Source: Octopus bimaculoides (lineage: Eukaryota). From it: a stretch of DNA of 48,147 nucleotides. Both the position numbers and the translations under genes were made by a program. Where the stretch lies: assembly GCF_001194135.2 (NCBI RefSeq), contig NC_068982.1:111147012-111195158 (forward strand). Reading direction: 5' to 3'. Below the pieces are notes generated by a model, which saw nothing but the letters and a program-made list of their open reading frames with translations, did not search any database and had not been told where the DNA came from. Shown here piece after piece: positions 46,961 to 48,147 of this stretch. How positions within the stretch are numbered: position 1 is the stretch's first letter; each line of letters starts with the position of its first letter.

Positions 46961-47924
46961 CGCTCAATGCAAACTTTCATAATATTTAGGTTACAGCAAT
47001 ATCATTCTTTCACATACATTCTATTAAAAATCATTAACATTTATAGAAACAATGAAACAAATAATTTATGTGAAGATGTCAGTGATAAAACAATTATTAT
47101 AAATTTTATACAAGATTACATTACATTTTGTAAGCATTTATAAGTACGTTCCTTCATCTGGATATAGATATAGAATAGTGAATATTTGATATACATTCAC
47201 CCAAAACTTACTCAACATTTTGTGCAAAGGATGCCAGGAATAGTATATCATAATTATAGTAATCTTGGTCCAAGATACTTATTAATTCTTTGAAACAATA
47301 TATATATTATATATAAATGTTACTGGTTTATCCGTTATTCAGCTCAGTCCAAAAGTTGCTGACATTATTAGAAACGTCATTACATATATTTCATATGAGA
47401 TGTTCAGAAAATAATAATAAAAATCTTGTATCATTATTTTCTAATATTTAACCTCGATTATTATTTTCAGATATTTAACCTCGAATTATTGAAATATTCT
47501 AAACGTTATCTTTTCAGTCAAGCTTCAGTTGTCATAATATCAGTAAAAATCATCAGAGTTTGATTCACGTATCAGTAGAACGTTTACTTCCTTTCTATTC
47601 GTCAATCACTCAACGTCACTTTTGTAAATGTTGGTTTCCCGTGCTGTTGACATTTCCTATGATAAATTGCTTAAAACCACTTCCTTCTTTCTTTCTTTCT
47701 TGCAGCATCATACATTTTCCCTTCTCTTCGACTTGACATGCTGGCATGTCATTCCTGTGTCCCATGTTTAATTAGTCTCCTTCTATTTTATCACTCTGCT
47801 TTTGCTTTGATCAAAGCTTTCTGTCTTCGTCACTGATCAAGTGTCCAATAGAATTCTTTCTTACAGTAAGGAATAAGAAGACATCCATCACTGATGAAAG
47901 AACCGAACGTAAGTTACACACGTA

Positions 47925-47925
47925 C

Positions 47926-47971
<46 letters not shown>

Positions 47972-48012
47972 TCGACAAGCAAACGGATAGATAGACAGAC
48001 AGACAGACAGAC

Positions 48013-48043
<31 letters not shown>

Positions 48044-48108
48044 GAAACAGAGAGTCAGACAGACAGACAGACAGACAGGCAGACAGACAGGCAGGCAGGC
48101 AGGCAGGC

Positions 48109-48147
<39 letters not shown>
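47925..48147. repeat. (CA)n followed by (GACA/GATA/GGCA)n tetranucleotide repeats
   Basis: Directly visible. Confidence 0.95.

Overview
AT-rich animal DNA from a gappy short-read assembly: many N runs, nearly all flanked by microsatellites. The SINE families suggest an octopus or other coleoid cephalopod (inference from recalled repeat sequences, not a search). No host protein-coding gene can be confidently called, and most long ORFs in the supplied track are artefacts of N runs or simple repeats. Supported content: (1) several type I hammerhead ribozyme (HHR)-like motifs found by reading the sequence. Three different ones lie in tandem on + within 3572-4011, two with fully intact cores and palindromic stem III. 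One more lies inside a 201-bp near-perfect fold-back at 45629-45829, and decayed ones lie on the minus strand. (2) Penelope-like retroelement remnants (RT plus GIY-YIG), the clearest at 7030-8185. (3) A TIR-bounded, internally deleted DNA transposon (9351-10193) encoding a SAP domain and the start of a SWIM finger. (4) Numerous tRNA-derived SINEs of about five families, with target-site duplications, nested or tandem insertions and exchanged 3' tails. (5) Abundant micro- and minisatellites.
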